From Camelus ferus (taxonomy: Eukaryota): 64,000 nucleotides of DNA. A model generated the notes under the pieces. The model saw nothing but the letters and a program-made list of their open reading frames with translations. It searched no databases and had not been told where the DNA came from. The position numbers and the translations under genes were made by a program. The DNA is taken from contig NC_045707.1 of NCBI RefSeq assembly GCF_009834535.1, forward strand, positions 47,866,001 to 47,930,000, given 5' to 3'. This document shows, in pieces, positions 25,141-37,665 of the stretch; positions within the stretch are counted from its first letter, which is position 1; the number at the start of each line of letters is the position of its first letter.

Positions 25141-25469
25141 TCTGTTTCTATCTTCCCTTAAGCTGGAGTTCTGTCCTTCCAGCCCAATGAATCCACTGAG
25201 AGTATTCCCCAGACTCTATGTTCTGCTGCAATGTCTACCTACCAACTCTCTTCATGATAGCTTGACTTCCAGTTGAGTTCACTTCTTTGACTCCTTGGAA
25301 GTGATACCAGGCCAAACAAACACAAGGTCAGTGCCTTTTGGACTTGTTGTTATGGATTGGTGGTTTCTTTTCCTGGGGCACAATTTGGCTGTTGGTTTAG
25401 TTTTCCCTCTCAGCCTTAGCCAGTCCCAGACCCTCCCGTCCCTCTGCTCAATGTCAGTAAGACACAGGT

Positions 25470-25732
25470 AAGCAAAGTGGAATAGTGTTCAAGTTGACAG
25501 GTTCTAGAATTGCACGGCTCAAGTTTACATCCCATCACCACTACTTCCCTACTGTGAGATTGTAGGCAAGCCCCTTTACTCCTCTGGAGCCTCAGTCTTT
25601 CCATCTTTAAAAGGAGCTTCATAGTATTACCTAACTCCAAGACAAGGGGGAGAATCACCTGAGAAAATACATAAAAAGCTTTAACAAACTGCCTGGCACA
25701 TAATAAACGATCAATTAATATTGGCTATTATT
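25470..25732 (+). mobile_element. MIR SINE
   Basis: ctctggagcctcagtctttccatctttaaaagg...tgcctggcacataataaacg. Confidence 0.8.
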
Positions 25733-26559
25733 TTATGCTTTGCTGCTGAGCCCAGCTATGTGCTGAGGATAAGCATGAATCACAAAGCTATATTCCTGTC
25801 TTGAATACTGCTTACCTGTCAGTAGTTGGAATCAGGCCACTATTATTTTCTGTCAAATTAGGCAGTTCCTATTTTGTATGACAAATTTTGGGTGAAGAAT
25901 GAGTGATTCATTGGCCACACATACACTGGAGCATGTTTTTATTTATTGTCTTTATCTAGTCTATTCTCTAAGGGACCTCAGAATTCAGGTTTGAAGTAAG
26001 GAAAGAGTGGTCAGTCAGGATTCTTAGCTTATCTATGTCCATATGTTCATGAGCCAAAAGGAAAAATTTGAATCTAGAAGAAAGGTGATCTGTAAGCAGC
26101 CTATTGCAATAATCTTGGTGAGAATCTCTAAAGATCAGAACCAAGCAGAGGGATATGAGAGTAAAAGTCCCCGTGAATTCTGGGCTTTAGAGTGCCCTGC
26201 ATGTCACAAACACAGAAAGACTATGTTGATGAGGCAACACATGAGGGCCTCTGTGACTTGGAATCCTTCACTCAAGGCCAGCGCAGAGTGACTGAAAACC
26301 TAAGATGTTATTCCCTTGGTTGACACCATTGAAGCCCTAGGGAAAAACTTCTCCAAATTGGTTGACCTACATCCTCAGAAGAAAAGACAATTGTATCCAC
26401 AGGCCACTAAAGTCTGTGGGTTGTGCTCCTGCTGATGTGGAAGTCAGAAACTCTTTAGGAAGACAGGGTGCATTTGACTGGCAGGAAGGTTTAGATTAAA
26501 AACAAAAAAATTTATTTAGCTTGTCAGTTCTTCCTGTACAAAGCATGTGTGAAGCAAGA

Positions 26560-27309
26560 TATTGGTTCTTTACATTGGCAGATAAATGTAGAATTAAGTT
26601 TGAGTTTTATAAAAGCATTTAATAATGTTAAATAATTTTTTAGAAAAAAAGCTTTGTTTTGTTTTGATTTACATTTTGATACTTCTTGATTATAACTTGT
26701 ATTTATCTTTTAATTTTAATAAACAATTTGAATGTTTGAGAAGAATCATGACTTTTGAAAGCACATGAAAAATACTTTTTTATATTTAAGTTTGCTTTAT
26801 TTTGTATTTTTGATTAAAATATATTCAGATTTGGTGTGCTTTGGACATAATTACATTTTCACTTTTAATACCTTAGATCATTACTATCAATAGAATCAAA
26901 CTCTGTGAAGATCTTGATAAGAATAATATAATAAGTAATTTTGCTGAAGTAAAGGCAAAAAAAAGAATTTTATGAAATAAATATGTAATAATTTTTGAAT
27001 TATGTATGCTTTTTCTTAATTACTCACCCAAACTTCGGCAGCCCATCAACTGACTATTCAGACATGTACAATATTAATTAAATTCAGTCATCCTTGATAT
27101 TTAATAGACTTTCAATTGTATAAAAACAATAGGTTCCCGTATTTCAGAAAATTCTTGTCATTCAGAAGATATACTTGGTAAGGTAGGGGATAGAATGTAT
27201 TTTATTAAGCAGTCTATATGCCTGGGTTTCAACTTTAAAATATTTAGACATAAGGTAGGTAGGCCTCCATTTGTACTCCTGAAGGGGAGCAAGGTTAGGA
27301 GTAGGCCTG
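26560..27309 (+). mobile_element. hAT-Tip100 (Zaphod-like) 3' part with transposase C-terminal remnant
   Basis: 26881-26965 reads LLSIE/KLCEDLDKNNIISNFAEVKAKK across one frameshift, resembling the end of the hAT dimerisation domain. Terminus ...tttagacataaggtaggtaggcctccatttgtactc...ggcctg. Left boundary is uncertain. Confidence 0.7.
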
Positions 27310-27549
27310 CTGGTGTTATATAGTCCTCTCATCCAAGGTTGATGAGACAAAAACAGGAAAAGTGAAGGCAGTGATGCCAACCTGAAAACCAACTAACCAA
27401 CCAACCAATTAACCAAAGACAGAACAGATAACAGCAGAACGCAGTCACTGAATCTGTTTCTGCCTATTCACATGATGGACTTAACATCCTAAACACAGTT
27501 ACTCTGAACTCCAAATGCATTGCCCATAAATTTTAGGCAAAAGTGTTCC

Positions 27550-27974
27550 TTTTTTTTTTTTTACTTAAAGTATAGTTGATTTACAATGTTGTGTTAGTTT
27601 CTGATGTACAGCAGAGTGATTCAGTTATACATACATATTTTTTATATTCTTTTTCATTATAGGTTATTATAAGATATTAAATATAGTTCCCTATGCTATA
27701 TAGTAGGGCCTTGTTGTTTATCTATTTTGTAAATAGTAGTTTGTATCTGCTAATCCCTAAGTCCTAATTTATTCCTCCTCACCGCACTTTCCCCTTTGGT
27801 AACCATAAATTTGTTTTCTGTGTCTGTGAGTCTGTTTCTGTTTTGTAAATAATTTCATTAGGGTCATTTTTTTAGATTCCATGTAAAAGTGATATTGTAT
27901 GATAGTTGCCTTTCTCTGACTTACTTCACTTAGTATGATAATCACATGTTGCTGAAAATGGTATTATTTCATTT
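27550..27974 (-). mobile_element. Cetartiodactyl-type L1 3' end
   Basis: aagtatagttgatttacaatgttgtgttagtttc...cccctttggtaaccataa...ttagattcca. Degenerate TSD caaaagtgttcctttt / caaattgtccttttt. Confidence 0.9.
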
Positions 27975-28019
27975 CAAATTGTCCTTTTTAAAATTTTTAT
28001 TATAAAAAGTTTTCATGTA

Positions 28020-28210
28020 TTTTTTTTGAAGTGTAGTTGATTTACAATGTTGTATTAGTTTCTGGTGTACAGCATAGTGATTCGGTTATACGTATATACA
28101 TATTCTTTTTCATTATAGGTTACTGCAAGCCTTTGAATTTAGTTCCCTGTGCTATACAGTAGGACCTTGTTGTTTATCTATTATGTATATAGTAGGTTGT
28201 ATCTGCTAAT
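28020..28210 (-). mobile_element. Second cetartiodactyl-type L1 3' end, 5'-truncated
   Basis: gaagtgtagttgatttacaatgttg...gtatctgctaat, homologous to 27565-27755. Confidence 0.9.
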
Positions 28211-29479
28211 TTTTTTTTTTTTTAATGAAAGGCAGGTACAGACTACAGAATCTTCCATTCCTGATTTGATCATGTCCAATCCATTGGCCACCTGCTAACG
28301 TTGAAATGGAATTTAGTCATAATAATATACTTAATTCAGAAAGTCAATATCCAGATATTTTGACATTCTTAGAATCTAAAGACCCAGTCCATAGATAGTG
28401 ATTAGAGGTGACCAAGGCACAGAGCTCAAATTAAAAGAAATTAACCATAAACTCAGAAGGACAAATTTCTCATCTTGAATTCCTCACTGACTTATTGAAA
28501 AATGTTACCTGGATACTATTCAAATGTCAAATGGCTTTACCTTCTGTGCCACCAAGAGCATTCAGATGGTCATTAAGGTAGAAGGCAACTGAAATGTGCA
28601 AGAAGCAAGACACACACAACACACACGGATGTATGCACACTTGCAAACAAAAAGTACCACATCGCTGGCTCTGGGTTTTGAGTTCAGGAAGGGCTATGCC
28701 AACGTGCTTTGTAATTCTTATGTTCTACACACCAATGCATAGAAAGCACATTTATTCATCCTGAAAGTAGGTATTTAAGAAATTAGCAAGGATTAGGAAA
28801 CCCTTTTATAAACGTCTCTTTGGACTTACTTTATAAGGTTCTATGAAACAGTGAAATCATTGTTCTATATCAGAGCCTAATCTCCTTGGGAATAGCATTT
28901 TACTCTCTGGTGCCATTGCTTTGTAGTTGAGTGTATATGAAGTCTGAGAGCCATGTATAAGCCACAGGGACAAATGGGTTCCTCTCGTAAGTCCTCACTG
29001 TTACAGTCTATATTTATAATCAGACAATCAATATGGCTAACTTTTGCCAACTTCACTGGGGGAGAGTGAGTGATCCTGTCTGAGATCCACGATACTAGAG
29101 AAATGATGTGAAGAAGCTGTGTGAATGGGGCTCATTGTTTGCCTGTATTTTAAATGTTCTCATTTTTCACAACATTTTATGGAGAGCTCTTAAAAGGCCT
29201 TATTGATAGAGATACTCATTAAATGTCAGTTTTAAAAGAGGTGTTGTTGATGTAATGTAATATAATATGCTTTTGCACAAGGCTTTTCATCCCAGTGTTT
29301 GAGGAATACTTTGCCAACCCAATCCTATCACCAGAATCCCAGATGTAATTCATAGAAGCTAAGAAAGCTGCCCTCTAGATCTAAATTCAAATGCATAGAA
29401 TATTTGTTAGATTTAACACCCAAAAATGATTGGCATAGATTTGGCGCATGACTTTCTATCTCTGTGATAACTGGAGGCT

Positions 29480-29550
29480 GAATATTCACTCATTCAATAA
29501 CCATTTATTGAACATCTACCATATACCAGGTGCAGTGCTGGGCATAGATT
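29480..29550 (-). mobile_element. L2 3' end
   Basis: cactcattcaataaccatttattgaacatctaccatataccaggtgcagtgctgggc. Confidence 0.7.
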
Positions 29551-29703
29551 TAAAAAGCTATTGTTTTTACCTTCTAATGACGGAAACAGACTGTCATTAG
29601 ACAGAATAGTGTGAATACATTGACAATGCCATGTGACAACTGCAATTGAGTGCCATTTATGCAGTGTAAATGCAATGTAGGAACCTGTGAAGTTAGTTTG
29701 AGT

Positions 29704-29897
29704 AGAGCACTGATTTTCAGAACATGGTCCCAGTCCCGTCCCGGCAGAATCAGCATCATCTAGAAGCTTATTAGAAATGTAAATTCTCAGGCCCCAGGAC
29801 TACTGAATACTAAACTCAGAGGGTGAACTCTGCAATCTATGCTCTAACAAACCCTCCAGCTAATTCTGACCCTTGCTCAAGTTTAAAAAAACACTGG
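29704..29897. mobile_element. MER5A hAT-Charlie MITE
   Basis: cagaatcagcatcatctagaagcttattagaaatgtaaattctcaggcccc...ctaacaaaccctccag...aagttt...cactg. Confidence 0.8.
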
Positions 29898-29899
29898 CC

Positions 29900-30005
29900 C
29901 AGAGCAGTGATTCTCAAACTCTGGTGCATATTAGTAATCGCTTGAAACTCCCCAGGCTCAGGCCACAACCCAAACCAATTAAATCAGTATCACTGGGGGT
30001 AGATG
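29900..30005. mobile_element. Second MER5-family MITE, partial, abutting the first
   Basis: cagtgattctcaaact...ccaggctcaggccacaacccaaaccaattaaatcag. Confidence 0.65.
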
Positions 30006-31474
30006 AAGCGATGTAGGTGCCAGGTTTTAAAAGTCAAATAAGATATTTCCAGGAAGACAGTGAGGAGGCATTTCGTGCAGAGGGAAGATTCCACAGGAGC
30101 TCGGAAGCATGAAACAGCTCTGGATATTGGAGGTAAAATCAACACTTGCTGACGCAAAAAGTTGGAAGGGAAAAGTAAAGGAAGAAGAATGAACTGGAAC
30201 AGTAGACAAGGGTCTGTTCACAGAGAGCTACAACTTGGAGGATGAACTGAATCATGTTTATATGTATTTTTTCTGGTCTTTACTGGGAAATTGGTTTGTG
30301 TTCCATCTTACTACTACTCCTGTCCTGCTTCCTGGGCTTGGCTTTCCTAGCAAAACCATTTCTCTCAGCTGAGGCTGTTTATAATTTAGATCGGTGATTA
30401 TTTAGTGCTCAGCCGAATCAGCCACATGCTGCTCTGAATGGGAGGAGAGAGGGGATTGGTCACAGATAATAGAAAAGAGGATCTGAGACAAAGTGAAGGA
30501 GCTGCAGAAAAGGGAAGTGTTGCTTTAGACTTTTGGTTGTAGCTGCTGTTGCTGTTTCCAGCTGAATCAGGGAGGAATGCTGAAATAAGTACATCTGCCC
30601 TCGAAGAAATCAAAGCCAGACACAGGAAGTGGGTGGAGAGAGCCTTCCAAAGTGCCTCAGCTGCCGCATGCCTTCTGTCTGCTGTGGGCACAGCAGCTGC
30701 ACAGACCCCTCTTGTTGGGAGACAAGACAGGACCCTTTCAGTCCCATGACCTCAACCTCATCTCCAGTGGTAGAGAAAAGAGAAGCTGAAAGCCTTCCGT
30801 GTGACTGAGCACATGAGAATGTGACAGTTATTTGGGGTAACAGGTTTCCTGTGGGCCCTGGTGGCCAACAAGGGCCATTGTGTGGAATGTGCACACTTGT
30901 GCTTGTGCCAGGGGCGGGGGCAAGGAAGACAAGGAGGCAGGTGTGGTTCATTTCTTGATTCGTATAATGTGAATATTTCCAAGAGACAGAGATGGGCATT
31001 TTCAGGGTGTCAGATGCTCTAACAGAATCTACCCTTTGCATTGGATTCAAGGTCGACTTTAGCTAGGTGTTCACATTCACAGCCCGCTGACGAGATCAGA
31101 GCAACTATGCATCAGCTACGAAGAGAAAGGTTAACAACTCAAGCCTGTCCTAACTTTATTAGACCCAAATCTCCGCCTTTGAAATATATATGGAAGCAAA
31201 GGAAATGTATGTGCATGGAAGGAAGTGGGGATTCATGTGCTTTGGACAGGATATATCAGCTAATTGAGCCTGAGACTGTGATGAACAACTTAGGCTCATT
31301 TGGGATGGGAGTTAGCTCATCATTTAATTCTAAATTGGGCTCTGTTCAGCCATTTCAGCATCACCTCACATCTCCATACATCATATCGCACGACATATTT
31401 GGAAGAAAGTGCCAAGTCAGTTTCCTCCTGGTGGGTGATTTGGTTTTCTTCCTCAGTTAATTTTGAATGGATCT

Positions 31475-31955
31475 CTTTTGGCTGACTACTATGTATTGAA
31501 GCCTTACTCTGTGCCAAGCTATGATAAGCACTTTATAGGGCAATATGATAGCATAGCTCTTAAACCACAGGCTTTAGAATCATTCTGCCAGGATCAAATC
31601 TCAGTTTATACCTTTGGACAAGTCACCTAATCTGGTGTAGCCTCAGTTTTCTCATATGTTAAAGAGGAGTGACTGATAATAGCACTAGCCTCATTGGATT
31701 AACATGAGAGTTAAGCATATTCATGTACTGTGCTCTCTGTAATGCCTGACCCATAGTAAGTGCTCAGTAAATACTACATATTTACCATGAACCATCATTT
31801 TCACTAAGTATGTACACCTCTCCCTATTTGCAAAGCAGAGAGGGGGGAAAAAGATTGAGAGAGTTTAAGTTCCGCTCAAAGTCACCCAACTTGTAAGTGG
31901 GAGATTCAGGATTCAAACTCAGTTCTGGGGGCAGAGTCTGTGCTGTTCAGCGCTA
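31475..31955. mobile_element. MIR (-) interrupted by MIR (+)
   Basis: Reverse MIR pieces at about 31475-31535 and 31790-31955 surround a forward MIR (gcctcagttttctcatatgt...tgcctgacccatagtaagtgctcagtaa). Confidence 0.7.
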
Positions 31956-33049
31956 CATGTTTTATGATTTGGCTATTTACACCCACCTCTCCTCTCCTCA
32001 GAATGACTACCAGTTTATCTGATGCATAATTTATTCTCAAATCTTTTGCTTTTATGCCCTTATTTGATTCCTCTTCTCAGTTTGCAGTTTCACTGCTGTG
32101 TTTCTACATTGCACTCGCAACGGTTTTTTTTTTTTTAATACCGTCTGTTAGAAACTAGTCATTTTGCTTCCACGCATTCCTTAAGATAAGACTATTTCTT
32201 AAGAAAAAGTAGAATAAAGCAGGAACAGATTCTCAGATGTAATCGTCAGGATGTGCAGTGAATATCTGAGTGCTCACAGGATCATTACACTTTCAAATAT
32301 TCCTGCTCTGTGTGGCAAAGACTCAGTAACACTCTTGTAAAGACAGCTGGCTATTGTAGTCTGAGTGAAAAGCTTCACCAGTAGATCTGTGCTCAGTTTA
32401 ACAATGAGCGAACAAGCGTGGTGTGAGTTTCAGATCTATGTGTACATGTATGTGTGTAAATTATATGTATCTATGCATTCATGTCTGTACATACACACCT
32501 GTGTGACCATTTTGGACTTTAGAGAAGATATAGTTGGGCTCTTATAGGCTACATCCACAAACCCCCACCATAAACTGAAAAACAGTTGTCATATACCAAC
32601 CTATTAAATTGAAATAATTGAAATGAGTGGTTTCTTTGGGACTATTAAGGTGTAGATAATTTGAGAAGTCAACGATTGGAAGTCAATTGTGGTCACATGC
32701 CTATGAGATCAAACAGGTTCGTGGTATCAAACAGGTTCTTCACAATTATGGCAAAACATGGTTTATAATGTCCAGTAGTAATGAAGAAATTTATTTGTAT
32801 AGACATTATCACTGACATCTTCTTTTTGAGTTTCCAGCTAATCGCATAGCTGTGGTTTCTTGGCAACAGGAGCTCTACCTTACTTGTACTTTTTACACCC
32901 CCTCCAGGGTTGTAATACGATTTTTACTCAGTAAAGAAGTACAATTAACTGAAACTCATTCCCTCCCTCTTTTTTTTTTTTTTAAACCTACTATTTAACT
33001 GGTTAAGAAGTTGTAAGCTTAAAAAATGTTTTTTTCTTAACCTTTGAAA

Positions 33050-33170
33050 CTTGTTAACTAGTCAACATTTTTTGAGCACTCGTGTCCAGATGTGCTTTGG
33101 AGGGATGCAAAGACATGTTAGACAGAAGACAGGTAAGCCCATCTCTGCCTTCAGGTAGCTCCCAGAATAA
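33050..33170 (-). mobile_element. L2 3' fragment
   Basis: tcaacattttttgagcactcgtgtccag...ctctgccttcaggtagctc. Confidence 0.6.
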
Positions 33171-35090
33171 TTGCATTATAGGCCTGATCTGAATAATTAT
33201 CAAGCTACAGATCTTGCCTCCTGGCTGTGAATGTCTAACCATATTCTAGAAACAGACATAGCATTATTTCCTGTGTTAGGCTTCACAAACAGAAGAAATC
33301 CTGTATACTGTGTTCATCATTTTTCCTTAAGTTAGCTCTTTTAGGTTGCAGAAGAACTCAGGAAAACCACGTAAGAGGAAGCCCAGTATTTCTGTTTGTT
33401 TGTTTCCAATGTATGAACATACTTGATAACTTGAGTTATTAAGATACAGCCCTGGTTGACGCAGGCTTTGGGTCACATGCTCACCCTGGGCCACACACTC
33501 ACCCTTTCTCTGGTGACCTTGTAGAACTCCAGACTTTATACATTGGGACAGTAGTTACAGAGTTAGGGGATACCAGGAAGGGCACATCCACATACAGCTG
33601 CACCAGAACCATTCAGTGATCCCCCCTAAACCACAGTGATTGCTTCTGGAGGATAAATGAAAGGAAAATAGAGGTTCCAGGTACGCTGGGGCCCTAAAAT
33701 ACTTCGGAATGATTGTTTTCTGGGCACTCCGTCTCTGGAATATTTCATCAGAGATCTGCCTCTTCTGTTGTTTATTCTACACACATTTACTTCATTGTGC
33801 CAGGTTTTGTTTACATGTGAGGGACCCACATGTGAAAAGATGTCAGTCCTGTCCTTAAGGAATTTATATGTCTGGCTAGACTATTTGAAGGCCCCAGATG
33901 TGTGGCACCCACTCCTCACCGTTGTGAAGGAACAACTGTTAGGTTCTGAAACTATATACAGTATTTGCTTTAAGAGACTACAGCAGCACAGGAAGTCCTG
34001 AAATACACCACAGAGTATGAATAGCTTGTGGATGATATTAGGCTGCAGCTTAATGCAGACCGTAGCCAAGGGCAAGATACCTCATAACTAATTATATTCA
34101 CTTTGCACTTAACAGAGACATTCAAAATACGGTTCTTAAAATTGTGTAAGTTGAACTTCTGTTAAAATTACACTCTCCCTAAGGAAAATAGCTCTCTTCC
34201 TTTGCTATACTTTGGGCTACATTTACAGGCTGCCAAAACACTTCATTTAATTTAGGGGCAAAGTCCGTCCAACTGTTGTCAGGGATCATGTAACAACCAG
34301 TTGTTTTGCTGATTTTTTTTTTTTTAAACCTTGTAACTGTATGTTTGTGTTCTGGTGGCCCAGCCTTAGGCTACTTGAGAGAGACAGAATTAAGAGTTGA
34401 CTCAAACAGGCAATGAAAAAGAGAATGTGTATCCTTACAGAATTTTGGAGTGTAGAACACTTCCACATACATTATCTTATTTAATTATCTCAAAGCCTCT
34501 GCAGACAGAGGCACTGCTATTACTGTTCCTGATTTTCAGGTGAGATATTATTTGAAGAGGAGGGACAGAGGCAGGATAAACATAGGTGGCCCTGCCTTGA
34601 AATCCTGTTTTTTACCCCACATGGGAGTTCTAAAATCCAGCATGTGCTGGGGTAAATCTTTGCTAGAACCTTGTTTGCAATCTGATTGTTGATACCATGA
34701 TGCCAGTGTGGTTTAGTTTTCTCTTAGTGTATCGTGTACATAAGTCAGAATCCTAAGTCTGGTGTTTTCTAAAAGGAACCTCATGTTATCTCTGATGTCA
34801 ATAGGGAACTATTTAAATCTTAGGAATCAGGGAAACAGCATGTCCTGGTAGCCTTGGGTTTCTTTTTGTTAAGGCTAGAAGAAAGAAATGCCTTTAGTTC
34901 TGAACTTGACCTGGAATTTATCTTTCAACAGGTCATTAAGGACAAGCAATTGTTGTAGACAAAGGAATGGAATTGGGGCTTTCGTTAATCTCAAAATACT
35001 TCCAGTAGGAAGCAACTTAAGTTCACAACAACAAATATTCACATAGTCCCTAAAGTGTGCAGGACACTGTAAGTTTTAAGTGGGAGGGAG

Positions 35091-35190
35091 GAGGGTCATA
35101 CATCCTGTCTTGCCCAGAACAGTCCTGATTTATGCCAATTGCCCTAGTGTCCTGTCTGCTTAGAGCCAGCGAACCTTTCACTCTCAAAAA
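35091..35190. mobile_element. MER94-like hAT-Blackjack MITE
   Basis: catacatcctgtcttgcccagaacagtcctgatttatgcc...cctttcactctcaaaa. Confidence 0.65.
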
Positions 35191-36077
35191 TTACATGTTC
35201 AATCTAGTTAGATTAGACACAAAATCAAGAAAAAACTGAGACTTTGTCCTCAGGAGATTATAATTTGGTGAAAGCCAAGAGGAGGGTAAAAAAAAAGTAT
35301 AGAGCAGAATATTCCAAGTGTTGTTTTAAAATGATGTAAAGCAAATGATTTGGAAGTTTAGAAATATATATTTAGTTGGATTACTTATCACTCTGTTTTC
35401 CTCCTAAAGATTACAATAATAAGAGTTATCCAAAACGCTGGATACATGCAAAACATATCCTAGTATAGAGAACTCACAGTTCAGGTGTCCTTCTCCACCG
35501 AGGAAGATTTACTTTGTTCCAGTCCTCAGCTGGACCACACCAGACAATTTGAACGCTTATATCAGTAAAGGGAACTACCTGCTGAGAATTAATTCATAGT
35601 GTCTTGGCTGAGGGTCTATATTTCTAATTATGTTCTTATTTCCTCCTGCTCAGACTGATGCAGACGTCAGGGTGATGATTAGGAAGTGTGATGCTTCAGA
35701 AACAGGAACACGCTCTATAAAAATGCCCCTGAAAAGTACTTTCCCTTCTCTATTCTTGTAGTGAGAGTGCCTATTTGAACCTCATGGCTTTTGGTAAAAA
35801 TATAAATTCTAGGCTGGTTTCTACTCTGAACAGTCTTTATCTGATTATTTAAATCCCTCTACTTTGCAGTTACTTCCTATATTGGACTATTGAATCTCCC
35901 ATCCGTAGGGTCCTGTCCCCCGTCTTCCACCTATTTCACAGCTGTTGTAGGAGAAATTGTTTGCTGCCTCACTAAGGTATTTATTTTTTAGACTTAAATG
36001 TCTGCTTGCACATGAATTACACTAGGTCCTGTGGGTGACAAGAAAGAAGAACAGTAAATAATGTCCTTTGACCTTAA

Positions 36078-36207
36078 TAGAGAGACCACATGTTATAATT
36101 TGCTTAGTTAGTTCATGTCCATGCCAGGGGTCCTGGTGTAATTAATAACATCTCTTTTTTACTCTCAAAAGTGTCCCAATTTGGATAATAAATTATATGG
36201 TCCTCTA
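36078..36207. mobile_element. MER94 hAT-Blackjack MITE, near full length
   Basis: agagagaccacat...ctggtgtaattaataac...actctcaaaagtgtcccaatttggataataaattatatggtcctct. Confidence 0.8.
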
Positions 36208-37169
36208 GACCTTAGAGGCCTTAAATTCAGTTATGGGGACAGGAGACACAGCAGAAGAAGACAACTAACGCAACAAAGCAATGTGTGATGCATGCTGAAT
36301 ACATGACCTGTGCCGTCAGTGAATGGAATCACATTTTAAAAGAAGGAGAGACTGCGATGACTTGAGCGCTCTGATAAACTGCTTGAAGACGAGACTGATG
36401 TTGGCCCTTGACAACCATGTAGAATTCAAACAGGCAGTGAAGAAAGAGGATCGTGCAATAAACCCTTTTCTTGAGACTGTGCTGAAATCAAAGCAAAACA
36501 TAATTTTTTCAATCTGCATTAGTGCTTGTAAAAATGATTCCCTCCCCTCTTCAAAGCAAGCTGATTGTTACAGGCAAACCAGCTTGGTGTCTTGAGCAGA
36601 AAACCCATTTTAGTCTATTTAAGTATGTGGGTGTTTTCCAAATGTTCACTCTGGTTCCCCGCCACATGAATGAGCCATTTGCTTTGCTAACATAATCACT
36701 ACCCCGTGGTTATGGAGGGGCCAGAGCATGTGCCCAGGAATCCTCAGAAGGCAGCCTGGGCTTCAGTGGCACTTCCAAGATATGGAATTGCACACACATC
36801 ACGCATTTCCTATTTGGCTGCATTTTCAACCACCTCTTACTCCAAATGGGTACAGAGACACCATGAGAGGGAAATGACGAATGGGGACACACAGAAAGCT
36901 ACAGACTCAATTTTTAAAGGCCTCTAAAGGAAGTGGTGGAAAGTGTACATGAGGATTACTTGTTATTTCAAATATCCCTAATGAACAGATTTTAATGCTT
37001 TTGGACCTAAGGTGTGAATGTCACAACCATCGTGCCTTCTTTGAGCATCATTCTATTAAAATGACTGTTCTCTTCTTAGAGTTAAATTACATCAGTAGTT
37101 TTTAGATTTTTTTTCTTTTAAGGATTAAAACCTTTCATTCAAACAAAATCTTAGAGATAATTCTGATTT

Positions 37170-37665
37170 GTGTGTGACACAGCCTGCTAGTTACCAACCC
37201 AATAGCCACTCTCCCCCTCTTTCTTATTAATGAAGCCCCAATTTTTATTGGGGGCAGCAATATGCCCAGCTTAAAATGATAGAAACTCAATTTCCTAGTT
37301 CTCCTCTTACCTAAAGGTATGACACAGGTCTAGTCAAAAGAAGACACAATATTAGGTTCCAAGAAAGGTCGTCAAAGAAGACTAAATCATCTTGCATGTA
37401 CCCTTTTGCTCTTTCCCTTTCCCTCTAGCCTGTCTGAATAGTGGACATGATGGCTGGAGCTCTGACAGCCTTCTTGAGAACATAAAGATGAGGCCATACT
37501 CTCAAGATGTGGAAACAGAAATCCAAAATAAGCTTGGGTATCTAATGATACCATGGAACAACCACACTAACCTCCGAACTTCCTACTTCCGCACTTATTT
37601 GAAAGAGAAAAATTTCTATGTTATTTAATTCTCTATGTTATAATTTGAAGGTTTCTGCATTAGCA
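37170..37665 (+). mobile_element. MaLR LTR (MLT1J-like)
   Basis: acccaatagccactctcccc...gggcagcaatatgcccagc...ggacatgatggctggagctc. Confidence 0.8.

Noticed and set aside
32708..32738. Short tandem duplications (atcaaacaggttc x2; similar ones near 9375, 39885, 40170, 57320)
   Set aside because: Only two copies each, consistent with ordinary slippage duplications. There is no regularly spaced repeat-spacer array, so nothing CRISPR-like.
36323..36595. 90-aa ATG ORF with plausible composition
   Set aside because: I recognise no homology and see no exon boundaries. The length is within chance expectation.
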